A DNA stretch of 37,639 nucleotides from Nemertoderma westbladi. Lineage: Eukaryota > Animalia > Xenacoelomorpha. The stretch lies in contig JAUCBJ010005280.1 in the NCBI GenBank assembly GCA_032718475.1, forward strand, positions 1 to 37,639. Direction: 5' to 3'. The position numbers and the translations under genes were made by a program. Below, in pieces: positions 12,093-22,843 of the stretch (position 1 is its first letter; each line of letters starts with the position of its first letter). The notes beneath the pieces are model-generated. The model worked only from the letters and a program-made list of their open reading frames with translations. It was not told the DNA's origin and did no database searches.

Positions 12093-12227
12093 AATATATT
12101 GTATATATATCACGTTACATTGAGTAACGATATCGGTAATTAATTACTAGGCTTACAGTTGATACTGAATTACTAGATTTGCTTTAGCTGTCGTTATAGT
12201 AGTAGGCATTCAACTGTACAATCAAAC

Positions 12228-15200
12228 ATGGCTGACCCAAAGCAAACTCTGTCAGATAGTCTCCTAGAAAGAACAGTCTGCGACTCCGACAGGAGTACCG
12301 AACATTTGACACCAAAGTTCAAGTCCCCTCCTACTGTAAGAAAGGTCATCCCTCCAGTAGTAGTATCAGACCCTAGGCTAGTAAAGCACAGTAGGTCTAT
12401 CATAGGCACTCGGGCTCAAGTCAAGCGGGACCAAGAGGCAGCTGTTAAACAACAGCAACACTCGAGCCGAGAACTTATTTCTCAGCGGCCCGATAGCTCC
12501 GGTAGTTCAGATACTGTAGAGTTGACACCCGAGCGCGGAACAAAGATAGCAGAAGCAGTTTATTCGGATCCACTTCTCATTCTTCCTGAAGCTGTACTCA
12601 CTAGGGTATTGATTGCGGTGGAGGAACATCAAATCAATTGGGCGAGAAGTAAGCGATCGACCAAGGACAGTTATGCGGGATACACAATGGAGGAACTGAA
12701 GTCTATTGTCGAGACGCAATGGAACTTCCCCGGACCCGGACTCCCGTTTAACTTATCGGAAGCTGCCTGAGAGGACTTATACAGGATGGGAGTGGTAAAG
12801 GACACTAGAGATCCAGCTGTATGGAAGAGGTCGGCAGCAGGATATGTACAGGGATTCTTCAGCTCTTTAGAGCGATTAGAGGAACAACTGTTCCAACAAC
12901 CCCAGGGACCTCAAGAGCAGGGAGAGCTGCTTTATCAAGTTCGAGAACGTATCCTAAGAATCAGACTAATCCTATCGGCCTTTGAGGAAGCTTCGAAAAG
13001 AAGCCAAGACACGTCGTTGCAAGTTGCCGTAAAGACTTGGTTCCAGCGGGTGGGTGTCAAAGTTCAAGGAACGGCCCAGTGGAACATTCAGCTGGCTGAG
13101 CACTCGACCCACGGAGAATCAACAGACGCTACCTTTTCTCAGGTGGAAAGCGAGGTTACATTAGAGAAACCTCAGAAGAAGGATGCCATTGACATCTATC
13201 TGTCGGACTATCAACGATTTATAGGAGATGAAGAGCTAAGGAGACGACTATCTGGACTTCATCCTACTAGTGAGGGAGCCAAATTTGTGTTAGACGCATT
13301 AGATGCGGAAATGTTATCCGTAGAACAGGCTAAATTTGATGAAAGTATCCTCATCGCTAGGGAACAGGAAGAACAATTAAAGAAATAATGGATAGAAGAC
13401 AGAAAGGCAGCAGCAGCGGCAGCGGCAGAAGTTGAAAGAAAAGCGGCAGCTGCAGTGGCAGCGGCAGAGGCTGAAAGAAAAGCGGCAGCTGCAGCGGCAG
13501 AGGCTGAAAGAAAAGCGGCAACGGCAGAAGCGGAAAGAAAAGCTGCAGAAGCGGAAAGAAAAGCGGAGGGCATCTGAAGAGACAGTCCAACTAGAGTTGG
13601 AAAATCTTCAAGAGAAGCAAGATTACTTCAATAAACAAAGAACAGCTAAGTATATGCAGATGGTAAGTCGATCTACTCCCAAGAGACAGGGATTTACATC
13701 ATCTGATGAAGGCGATACAACAGATCCTGAAGGCGGAGGAAATAGATCTCGTTCCAGCAGACGTAGAAGAACGCCTCACCATCAGAGATTGCCTAATTTG
13801 CCCCCAGCTGTGAGAAGGCAACTAGCTAGTGCAGACTGAGGTAGTGCAGAACCCACAGACCAAATTATTAGAGTAGAAAGACTCCCTACTATAGTAGATG
13901 AGCCTGAAATAATTAGGCCTGTTCTCGAAGCCACCCCTTCGGTGATCGAGACACCTGTACTTCCAGAACCTAACTCTAAATTCCCTTTGCACAGTACTAA
14001 ATTACCTGTGCCCAATAGAATAGCCACAGAAACAGTCCCAGTCTTGGACGCCGAGCGAGACATCAATGATTTATCGCCCATCGTCCCTCGTCTACCCGCT
14101 ACTATGTTAGAACTGCAAAAAGTGCAGCAGAGTATCGCGTTAGAACGCGATAAATTAGTAAATATACAAAGGGGTATAACACCACCCCCTGTAACAATGT
14201 GTCAACCTGTTAGGTCTGAAGTATTTCATGTGCAAGGTGTGGAGCCTACACGCATCTATACTGCTAGTGAAGTAGAAACTCCTATAGTAAACCCTATTAA
14301 GGGTAATTATAAACCTGTTGATAATGATATTACATATAGACCTGATCATAATCCGAGAAATTTATATACCGATAACTCGATATTAAATAATACGATGGCC
14401 CAAGAAAGTTTTACGCGTCAAATGGCTAGAACCGAAGCCCGTCAAGCGGTAAAGGTGGGAGAGATCGTCAAGTTCAACGGAGATGAGATGAAATGGTTAC
14501 CTTTTAATGAATATTATAAAGATAACATACAGAACTCTGTGCTATCTAACGGAGAGAAACTTAGATTCCTCATCGTGTGCTTGGAAGGACCGCCCAAGTT
14601 AATGGCGTTAAAGTTTATTGGACATCCAGATGGATTAAGACAAGTTTGGGATACACTAAACATCAGGTATGGTAATAGGACTAACATAGCTCGGTATTTG
14701 TATGCGAAATTAATGGCGCCCCGAAAGTTTCTTAGCAGCGGGATTATAGAGTTTTCCGATGAGATTCAGGAGATCTGTAGACAATTAGACTGGTTGGGTA
14801 AGTCTCATGAATACCAGAATTCTATGGTTGTAGGAGCCTTAGCATCAGCTTTGCCAAAGGGTGAAGTAGGTACTCGCTGGGACAAAAAGGTTCTCTATTT
14901 GATGGACCAACAACATAGAGATCCAACCATGATGGACCTTCTGTCATTCTTAAACCGAGAGGTAAGATTACAACTCCTAAAACAGTCTAGAGAGAAGACT
15001 CCTGAAAGTGAGGTAAGTGAAAAACCCGTTTCTAGGAGAAAGGTAACACCAGTGTGTTATACAGACGACGGCGAAAGCCAAACCTCCCACGAGGAGAACA
15101 GCGGGAAAGACACCGAAAGATCTTATTATATCAACAAAACTCGGAAAGATGTAAGTAAATTTAAGTCTCGAACCAGTGACAGGAGAGAACAGGTAACAAC

Positions 15201-17039
15201 TCCTCCTACGTCTCCTAAGAGAATTCATGGAAGAAAGCCCGAGGAAAGAACAAGTGTGCACCACACAGCACAGGTTAAAGTAAGTAACATCAAGCCCAAA
15301 TGTGTATTGTGCGATGGGCCACATCGCTTAAGTGGGTGTGATGAATTCCTGAAGAAATCCCTTAAGGATAGACGTGATGTCATGTGGGATAAGCGGTTGT
15401 GTTATAATTGTCTCAGACGAGGCCACCAACGGCGGACCTGTTACTCAGATGCTAGGTGTGCTAAGTGCGGCGCGAAACATCATATCTTGCTGCATACAGA
15501 ATTTGAAAGAACCCGCACGAGTCAGGTAAGTGAGCCCGAACTACATGTCCAATTCAGTGATGTGAACGACACTGACCACAGCTCTGAGATGGAAGGATTC
15601 TACACTGACGAATTCTCCGACGAAAACGAATCCTGTTATATGACAAACACCGCGGTGTATCGAGCGCTTACGTATGAGACTGAAACCGATAACGAAGCGA
15701 ACCCGGCCATTCCTGACCGACAACCATCTTGGAAAGCGCCAACTTCCAACGTCGGAATCCGGGAATTCCCCATAGTTCAGCTGAGAGTCCATGGATCAGG
15801 TAAGAGTTTTATAGTCAACGCCCTCCTGGACTCCGGCAGCACAGGAACATTCATCGACAAAGAACTAGCCGAAGACATCTTTGCTGGACAACCCAAGTTC
15901 CGAACTAAGTTGAACCTTTCAGGAATTATGCAGGTTTGGAAATCCACAGTAGCTACAGACTACTATGTAGGAGCGTTGTCCACTCCCCAGGACCAACTAG
16001 GAGAACATAGCATAAGGTCAGTAAAAATGGTGGCGATAAAGAACTTTGCTACCAGCCAAATGGAACCTTACAACTGGGATGAAGACGATTTTACCCAGCA
16101 GCATGATATCCCTAGATTCAACACCACCCAGGGGTACAGATACTCATCGGACAAAATGTGCATGAAGCGCTAGAGACATTAGAAAAACGGCCTGCTCGGC
16201 CGCAACCATTACAAACATATGCGGGAAGAACAAGAGTAGGTTGGTACTTCACTGGACCTTCCCGTAGGACACTCATGGAAAGGCTACCTAACGACCAAGT
16301 CCATCAAGTGAGTGAATGGGAAGAAGAAATCAGTGAGGGAGAGACCACAACTGATGGAATACCATACTCCTCAGATAATGACGATATTAACTCTAATGTA
16401 GATCAATGGAGACATTGCCCTGGGACGATTAATCCAGCCGACATCGCTTCCAGAGGAGCAACCCCTCAAGAACTGATAGATACTCCGGACAGGTTAGGTG
16501 GACCCGACTTCCTAAGTAAAGAAGAAGATGAATGGCCTCCCCATCTTACCACGGCTGAGATTAGACAAGCCAAGGGAGCGGAGAAAGTCAAACCTAAAAC
16601 CCGGACGAGTAAATCAAAGTTATTCAAACCCGTGATAGATCGGTCTGTACTACACATTTCCAGGGACGACGCTGTAGATCTAAACTCCCCCGCCACAAAT
16701 AAATCTGTTGTGGAAATCAGAGAAAAAGACTGGAAATCTGGAACACCAGACGTCTCGCAGGGATTCTCACCTCTCCTGCAGAGAGCGATAAATCACTATA
16801 GCTCCTTGAATCGGCTTTGTAAGGCCGTCGTGTATTTGAAGCGATGTTTCTATTGTCACTATTCCAGGACGAAGAAGAAACCTGGAATTGTATTTGAAAC
16901 ACAACAACCCAATCGCTCAGTTGGTCGTTTATGTTTACTGGAAAGAGACAGAGAACTATCCGGAAACTATGGAAGGCAAGATACTCTTCCCACGACCACC
17001 TCCCTAATCCAACAAACATCTAGGGACTCCCCAACATAA
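12228..17039 (+). pseudogene. BEL/Pao gag-pro-(deleted pol) polyprotein pseudogene
   Basis: ORFs 12228 and 12786 share a frame, as do 13432 and 13942. Stops at 12768, 13386 and 13837; frameshifts at ~13570 and ~16130. Motifs: DUF1759-like FNGDEMKWLPF..EKLRFLIVCLEGPP, three Cys/His knuckles (CVLCDGPHRLSGC, CYNCLRRGHQRRTC, CAKCGAKHHILLH), protease ALLDSGS, RTRVGWYFTGP, RNase H end QWRHCPGTINPADIASRG, pol C-terminus RSVGRLCLLE. No RT or integrase core. Confidence 0.9.
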
Positions 17040-17565
17040 CAGCGTCTGGAGTGGGTGTGTGACCATATTATTTTATATTCGTTTTTTTTTATTATTTTAT
17101 ATTTAGGTATGTATTATTATGTAATTTTCTAATAATCGTTTTCTTTAATTTTATTTAGTAGAATGTTATTTTAGCGATTATTTAGTAGAATTAGTGCAAT
17201 ATATATTCGTGTTTATTACTTAATTACTTATATTATATATTTAGTGCAATGGCGAGAAATAATTCTTTTTCTCTTTCCTTACTGTCCGTATCATATTATA
17301 AATACGTGACTACAGTAAGATGAAATGTCCGTACTTATTAAAGTACAATAAAGCTCCTACTATACTTAAGTATTATTGGTAAGTAGAGTATTAGGAATGC
17401 AAAGTTCAGATCCTCGTGTCTTGGCTAAACCAAGCTCTGGGTAGACCTTGGAAACGACTTGCCTCTTCTCACTGACATTGCTTCTTGCAATATTGCTCTC
17501 ATACCGTATATTAAATAATACAAATAGTAGTGTGATGTCCCTTTAACAGTAGCGTACAATGCAAA

Positions 17566-17968
17566 TAAATCTGTTAAACCCTTTGACCATCTGTAATTCT
17601 AGTCGATTAAGATATCGTGGCACCCACCGATATACTTGAAAGACAAAATTCTAGAATCAATGGTTAATGTCCCCAGACATGTTCTGGAATAAATCGGTGC
17701 CCATCTTAAATATTACATAGTTAATATTTATAAAAATCTATTAAAACAAATGTTATAATAGAGTAAATGCATACAAATAAACTCTAAGGAGTTTGTAAAC
17801 CAAGAAAATTTATAAATCAAAATCTGTTAAAATTTAGATCCTTTAAAATTCTAGTCGATTAAGATATCGTAGCACTTACCGATACTCTTAAAAAGACAAA
17901 TTTCCTAGAATCAAGGATCCCAGTCCCCAGACATGCTCTGGAATAAAATTGTGTCTATTTTAATATTA
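17566..17968 (+). ncRNA. Two ~150-nt direct repeats predicted to fold into the same RNA structure (copies ~17566-17715 and ~17819-17968)
   Basis: The attctag/ctagaat and ttaagatatcg/cgata..ctt.a stems are shared. The basal stem is ttgaccat/atggttaa in copy 1 and gatcctt/aaggatc in copy 2 (compensatory). The repeat is certain; the RNA function is inferred. Confidence 0.45.
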
Positions 17969-18572
17969 AATAATAAAATTTATGGGAATAAATTTAAATT
18001 CATATCCTTTCATGAATTTGATAAATTGTCATTTTATACAATTTATAATATTCCCAAAATTCCATTAATTAATAGATCATGGGAGCGGAGATTCACCCTA
18101 TTAAGTGTATTAGTGTGCGAGAATCTCCAATATATAGTCAATAGCCGATAAAATTCATAAAATCATGTATAAGGGGGAATATTGACAATTAAAGAATTAC
18201 TATTAAATAGCATCCCAGATCTGTATGCATGAGAATTACCCTAATTCTACTGCTAGCTTTCCATAATGTCACCATGGCAACAACCACGCTAGAATTAGAA
18301 GTGAGTTAAAAGAACAATAAAAAGCTTGCCCCATTGAATAGCATACGGAATAAATAGCGCACTGCTAGTATCCAGGGATACATAATAATAACGTGGCATT
18401 CTGGAAGGCACTTGACTAACGGACAGATGGCCCGAATGTGTACAATTTGTGACAGTTGTGTGGAGTTTGTGCGTTTATAGGTGAATGTTACTACTAAAGT
18501 GTGTTTACAGTAGCGAGTCGCAGTTGTGAAAGTAGCCCTAACCCTGCAGTAAGAACCTGAAGTAAATATAAG

Positions 18573-18704
18573 CCCTTGGGACGGACAGTGGAGTGACTCG
18601 CGCTGGTTGTTGTTGTCGTTGTGCAGCTACTACGTTGGCGATAGACACAGCGGCGACAGTACATCAGCGCTGAGGATCTTGCACTGTCCGGGGGCCGTGA
18701 GGGG
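18573..18704 (+). ncRNA. Long G-U-rich RNA hairpin upstream of the extra ORF
   Basis: cggacagtg (18582-90) pairs with cactgtccg (18682-90); gcgctggt with atcagcgc; tgttgtcgttgtg (18611-23) with cacagcggcgaca (18646-58). Confidence 0.5.
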
Positions 18705-18769
18705 TAGGCAGCGACGCCCGCTAGCCTAATTATAATTAATTATAATATTGATAAACTCATATAGCAGCT

Positions 18770-20298
18770 ATGTCTGAGTTGATAGAAGATGATCTTGGTA
18801 TCAGGGAGCGATATACCCTACCATTGTTGATAGTTTAATACGCGGTGACGCTAGTCCCTCTACTACGGAGGACGATGGCCGTTATATCGAACCGCCAATG
18901 TCCAAGGAACAACTCACGCGTGAATTGGACTATAGAAAATTCACCGCTCGCTATACGCATCGTAATGGTACGTATATAGACTTCTTTACTACTGGCCATC
19001 CTATTGATTTACACGATATGGACAATGTAGGCACCGAAAGGGAAATGATCCTATTTAAATATCATACCCAGCAGAGTCGGAACGACAAACTGAGAATCGA
19101 ACACGAAAATTCTATTCGAAACCAACTCGAAAGAGAAGACGTTAAAGAACCTGATAAACGCAGTGACTTCAACGTATATTTGGAATTCTTGAGAGAGACG
19201 TTGTAAAACTGGAGAAAGATCACCCGCGTTTCCCCTACAAGACGTGCTTCTTTGGTATTATTACGATGAATGCCCTAGACCCAACCAACACACGGAAAGA
19301 CATAAACATCCACGGAGACGTTGCGCTAAACACAGTTTTACTCGCTATATTTACGGGAGTTTCGAGCGAAACTTGTTCGACGTATCACTTACGCTCGCTC
19401 GACTCAAACGATCCTTAAATAAACCGATGATCAGAGTTCCGGAATACTCGGTCAGGCCTCCTCACTCCCTGGTGAGACCTCAGACTCTTGATCCTAATAG
19501 TATGACGGATCCTCCTGAGCTGTACTCATTGTTCAAAGATCTAGTGTTATCCGAACAATTAGTTGGTGGCACTCCGGTTGTAGGCTCCCTCGATATTCGC
19601 CCATCCTACCTAGCTGGATTGGGACGCGGATACCTAATATCGCCGTTCAACCCGTATAATCGTCCCAATCTAACCCCGATACAACCTGTCACCGAGGTGG
19701 AGGAGAGAGTTGTACGCAACGCGTTAGACACTATTCGACAAAAGATTGGAAAAGGAACCTACGATTGTTCAGAGAAATGTAAATTGTAGCAGCAAGTCCA
19801 AGCGGTAAACGAATTAGCTTTATCTCAGTTCAATCGGGAAATCCAGAATCTCTAAGAAGATATCGAACTTGGACGACTCTACTCTCTGCAAGAGTTTTGG
19901 ACGAATGCTTCCAACGACAAGCAGAGGAAAATCAGCTCGAGGAGAAGCATATCGATTTCGACAAAGCCCGAGAACGTGAGTCGAAAAGAACCATCAAACT
20001 GAGGAAATTTCTCACTACACGCGGTCCACCTACCACTCTCGTGCAAACGACCCGTCAGGAACCAGTAAGAGCTGCTGTCTTAAAACGCGCTCTCAAGGTT
20101 GTTCGACCTCATTCCATTGAGGTTGATACCGATCAACCGGGTACCTCGACTGGCGGATACACCGACCATAATCCTAAACCTTCCGATGCAATTGTATTGC
20201 ACCCTTCACCCAGGAGTTATAGCCCTCCTAGTAAAGTGGCTCGCCCCAAAGAGAAAAGGACTCTTGCTAGCCTCAAAAAACTGCGTAAACACCGTTAG
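18770..20298 (+). pseudogene. Decayed extra ORF of the BEL element (unknown soluble protein, ~500 aa)
   Basis: ATG at 18770. Sense ORFs 18898-19206, 19244-19789 and 19897-20298 are contiguous and linked by frameshifts and in-frame stops. It ends in basic KRTLASLKKLRKHR ~90 bp before the PPT. No signal peptide or TM segment is visible. Confidence 0.65.
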
Positions 20299-20382
20299 CG
20301 TAAGAAAGACTAACTGTTTAGAGTATTTTTATATTTTAGAAACTGTGATTTTTATATTTTATAGAATTAAATCCCATTTTCT

Positions 20383-20390
20383 GGGAGCGG
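20383..20390 (+). promoter_or_regulatory. Polypurine-tract-like plus-strand primer site
   Basis: gggagcgg lies immediately before the TGT start of the 3' LTR. Confidence 0.6.
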
Positions 20391-21633
20391 TGTAAAAGCT
20401 TTTGCGGATATAACCAGTCATTTTTCTCCGCAATAAACTGTTTAGTTGTTTTAGCGGACATAACAAGCCATTTTCTCCGCAATGTACCCTGTAGGTGTTT
20501 TAGCGGACATAATAAGCCATTTTATGCCACAATACGCCAAATACTCTAAATACAGTGTATAGTTCAGATGATGAAATCTGTCAGCTGATTTGATGTCGAT
20601 GTGGAGCTTTCTTAACTTTCTTTGTTCGGCTCGCTCGACCAATCAGAGCGATTTTCATTTTATTTTGCACAGAGGCCTACGGAAAACCGCGCAATGCATG
20701 ATGGTCTTTGTTTACCTTTCTGAGCGAGAACAACTGCTTGGAAATTATTCTGTACTTCTGTGTTAGAAGTTTCAGACTTTGGCCAACATTAGACGGCTTT
20801 GATTACAAGAACGTAAATCTATTATCTGCACTCTGGCCACCTGAACAACTGTAAACCAAACTGCATCACCTGGACTGACTGGATGCATTACTGGCTCTAC
20901 TGCACTGTGCAACTGTGCAACTAACCATAAAACTGATTACTTGGCACCTGCGGTACCGGTATCACCGATACTGGCTGAATATCTCCGCATTATTGTACTT
21001 CTGTTTACTGTCTGTTATTAATGGTTATATGTTGATGGATATGTTGTTATATTTGGAGAATATCGATAAATAATCATAAAACCCCATCTTCTTGATTACT
21101 AAAGGTTAGAGGGACCGGTTACCGGTAGCAATTGCGACTTACATTACAGTGGTTTTAGTGTGCATTAAATGCTATTTCATAATCCCTACATGTGTCAGTT
21201 GCTATCCTCCTTATATATGATCAAATTCAGTGACGGTCGGCAGATCAGTGTGCAGCAGTGTGAAATCGTATGCAGCAGTGTGACAGATAATAAAGCATCT
21301 CCTAAAGAATGCGCTATTTACGAAAATCATTAGCCATCTCGTTGTGTTTAGTATAAGTCATAACTCTGTTTTATACTTAAAACGCCACGTCCTGAAGGAA
21401 CTGTTAATATTTCCCTGAAAGTGAATAATATTGTCAGAGATTATATTGTAACAATCAATCGAATAATACAGTAGGTCTGCAACGCAATAAGGTCAAAGCA
21501 TCCGAATCCAGTCTCCCTTAACTGTGGGTGAATGATCGCGCATAGACTGGCTTCGGCTAATGTTACTTCATGTGCATTAAATAATTGTTATAGGCTAAAG
21601 TCGATTTATAAACAAGAGGACACCTAAAATTGG
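20391..21633 (+). repeat. 3' LTR (probably lacking its last ~15 bp)
   Basis: About 16 substitutions and 2 small indels versus 9047-10297 by eye. Homology stops at cacctaaaattgg. No matching TSD was found. Confidence 0.88.
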
Positions 21634-22078
21634 CAGGTTAAACTGCTAAAGGTCTGAAAGCGCGAACAATAGTAAATGTATGGCGTGGAGATATGGTAGT
21701 GCGAAATTAATTTTTTTACCGGAAACGAGTTTTATAAATATAGGCCCGAGGCCCTAATAGATAAAAATAAAAAGGATAAATTAATTGTAGATAAAATAGT
21801 TGTTGATAAAAAAAACGTGTTAGAAATAACTTCTTGACCCTAATTTAATTTAACCGAAATTGAGATGTTCTGCCCTCGTGTATTGAATTTTGCATTGGAT
21901 GGCCTTTCCTGCAAAACCTAAAAGCATAATTGGGCAGCATAATTGAATTTGGTAAATTAAAATTAGTGACAAAAATTACTTATTTCCGAGACTGTTCTCT
22001 ATCGGAGAACATTTCTTTCTCAGCAAGTCCAAATCTAGATATGAAATATTATATCTTTGCACTAAGCCCACACTTTTG

Positions 22079-22675
22079 GTGTGGGCTACTCCTATCTGCT
22101 ACCCGAAGGTAGGGGTGAGCGCTACTCCTATCTGATACCAGAATGTAGGTGTGGGCGCCACTCCTATCTGATTGATACCCGAAGGTAGGGGTGGGCGCTA
22201 CTGCTATCTGATACCAGAATGTAGGGGTGGGCGACACTCCTATCTGATACCCGAAGGTAGGGGTGGGCGCTACTGCTATCTGATACCAGAATGTACTGGT
22301 GGGCGCCACTCCTATCTGATACCCGAAGGTAGGGGTGGGCGCTACTGCTATCTGATACCAGAATGTAGGGGTGGGCGCCACTCCTATCTGCTACCCGAAG
22401 GTAGGGGTGGGCGCTACTCCTATCTGCTACCGGAAGGTAGGGGTGGGCGATACTCCTATCTGCTACCCGAAGGTATGGGTGAGCGCTACTCCTATCTGCT
22501 ACCAGAAGGTAGGGGTGGGCGCCACTCCTATCTGCTACCCGAATGTAGGGGTGGGCGGTACTCCTATCTGCTACCCGAAGGTATGGGTGGGCGCTACTCC
22601 TATCTGCTACCCGAAGGTAGGGGTGGGCGCTACTCCTATCTGCTACCCGAAGGTAGGGGTGGGCGCTACTCCTAT
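22079..22675. repeat. 36-bp minisatellite, ~16.5 copies
   Basis: Unit tactcctatctgctacccgaaggtaggggtgggcgc. It produces the 12-aa periodic ORFs in several frames. Confidence 0.95.
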
Positions 22676-22717
22676 TCCAAGTTTTGTCCCCGGTACTTCA
22701 ACTGGTCCTCATTTTCA

Positions 22718-22843
22718 GACATACTTGCACCATTCTTGTTCATAATTGTGGTTGACTATGTTCTACGCATGTCCTTAGATCATCAAAATGATGATGGGGT
22801 GATGATAACTCCACCTACTGGCTCCAGAAGTCGAGGAAATCCT
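22718..22843 (+). mobile_element. RTE RT fragment
   Basis: Near-identical to ~25613-25739 (LAPFLFIIVVDYVLRMSLDH..PPTGSRSRGNP). Confidence 0.85.

Larger units (their letters stand above)
9047..21633 (+). mobile_element. BEL/Pao LTR retrotransposon, internally deleted (non-autonomous), with an extra 3' ORF region
   Basis: Two ~1.25-kb direct repeats starting TGTAAAA, a PPT-like gggagcgg before the second, and BEL-type gag, protease and pol remnants between them. Confidence 0.92.

Noticed and set aside
13259-13590. Ala-rich and Leu/Pro-rich minus-strand ORFs (antifreeze-like)
   Set aside because: They are antisense shadows of the Gag EAERKAAA repeat.
18770-20298. env gene
   Set aside because: No signal peptide, TM anchor or Cys-rich ectodomain is visible; the product is hydrophilic and basic.
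21634-21700. TSD for the BEL element (gtagt at ~21696)
   Set aside because: It lies ~60 bp beyond LTR homology and is not preceded by CA, so it is likely chance.
22079-22675. CRISPR array (36-bp palindromic repeats)
   Set aside because: The units are head-to-tail with no unique spacers, there are no cas genes, and the context is eukaryotic.
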